A DNA stretch of 54,683 nucleotides from Minisyncoccia bacterium (GTDB taxonomy: Bacteria; Patescibacteriota; Minisyncoccia; Phycocordibacterales; CAJBRS01): contig JBBQRF010000004.1 in assembly GCA_038215155.1 (NCBI GenBank), positions 1-54,683 on the forward strand, read 5' to 3'. Each line of letters opens with the position of its first letter. The stretch's first letter is position 1. Below the pieces are notes generated by a model. The model did no database searches. It saw nothing but the letters and a program-made list of their open reading frames with translations, and had not been told where the DNA came from. This document shows, piece by piece, positions 54,317-54,683 of this stretch. The position numbers and the translations under genes are program-made.

Positions 54317-54394
54317 GTTATCGTACCCCACTACATTTTTTAAACGCCGGCGGGTGGTGTAGGAAATCCAATGCATTTATAGACGAATGAGGCT

Positions 54395-54455
54395 GTTGCG
54401 AGCTTGCCACTTCTTTGACTTGCGAAGGCAACGTCAAAAAGTGGCATGCGAGCGG
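54395..54455. repeat. Conserved structured element, copy 2 (strand unknown)
   Basis: gttgcgagcttg, then a 38-nt hairpin (gccactt...ttgc-gaag-gcaa...aagtggc), then catgcgagcgg. Same architecture as 12045-12106. Confidence 0.6.
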
Positions 54456-54683
54456 ATAGGGATTAGCTACGAGAATGTCTTGATAGCCCTTTCCCCCTCT
54501 TGCGCTGCCATATTTCATGCTACAATAATCCCATAACTCACAAGGGATCAATGAAACGTTTTTTTCTAAATTAACCTTACTTTCTCTAGCTATTTTCCTT
54601 CTTTTCCGCACCCTGGGAAATGAAAACTCTCTTTCACCACGCGAAAAAACCACTCCCACCCCACTAAAGAGGTTAGCTAACAA

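Noticed and set aside
54318-54683. 121-aa minus-strand ORF running off the window, and the 73-aa ORF at 12008-12229, as real genes. Their similarity (PLAC(Y/H)F) first looked like a protein family.
   Set aside because: The similarity comes from the shared 61-62 nt nucleotide motif. The 12008-12229 ORF overlaps the 3' end of the pfkB kinase gene. Neither has a start context or a recognisable domain. The 54318 frame cannot be fully excluded because it is truncated.
54317-54683. RNase P RNA, tmRNA or SRP RNA in the long non-coding stretch after trmD.
   Set aside because: GGGUGCGGAAAAG and GGGGGAAAGGGCU-like strings on the minus strand are in the wrong order and do not match the GGAAAGUCC or ACAGAA cores. 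There is no tmRNA-type tRNA-like end and no SRP GGAA-AGCA motif.
1-54683. CRISPR arrays, IS elements or transposases, integrases, reverse transcriptase/DGR, prophage blocks, and toxin-antitoxin pairs.
   Set aside because: I saw no regularly spaced direct repeats and no DDE, tyrosine- or serine-recombinase or RT motifs in any translated ORF. The repeats found are inverted or hairpin-type only.

Overview
Gene-dense 54.7-kb window, roughly 40% GC. By inference it comes from a small-genome bacterium that looks like CPR/Patescibacteria (Parcubacteria-like). Supporting features are a split transketolase, N-terminally shortened PheS/ThrS/RF1, type IV pilin-like genes, a fibre with an S74 chaperone domain, a sortase, r-proteins with low-complexity tails, and no outer-membrane or LPS core genes. 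The standard code applies, since TGA is used as a stop (for example at gap). About two thirds of the window is housekeeping: sugar-phosphate metabolism (gap, rpiB, rpe, tktN/tktC, pfkB-family kinase, fba), translation (rplY, rpmE, prfA, rpsB, tsf, pheST, thrS, rpmF, rpsP, trmD, tRNA-Thr), replication and chromosome genes (gyrB, dnaE, rnhB, smc) and RNA processing (nusB-Nudix fusion, rnc, rnr). Accessory content: (1) a giant 5'-truncated repeat adhesin with a self-cleaving chaperone domain, next to three glycosyltransferases; (2) two tandem modules of a small TM protein plus a pilin; (3) a sortase/CARDB pair; (4) the most unusual region, 31.99-39.65 kb, where six consecutive same-strand genes each have their own consensus promoter and terminator. 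That region is GC-enriched relative to its flanks and is built around a divergent MreB-like ATPase with coiled-coil, secreted and membrane partners of unknown family. I flag it as a candidate undescribed cytoskeleton/envelope system. Non-coding oddities: a perfect 25-bp-stem palindrome inserted in frame into gap, a 61-62 nt structured motif present twice with compensatory stem changes, several long intergenic hairpins, and -10 boxes placed 6-8 nt from start codons. I saw no CRISPR array, transposase, integrase, reverse transcriptase or rRNA. All calls come from reading the sequence and ORF translations by eye; no searches were run.
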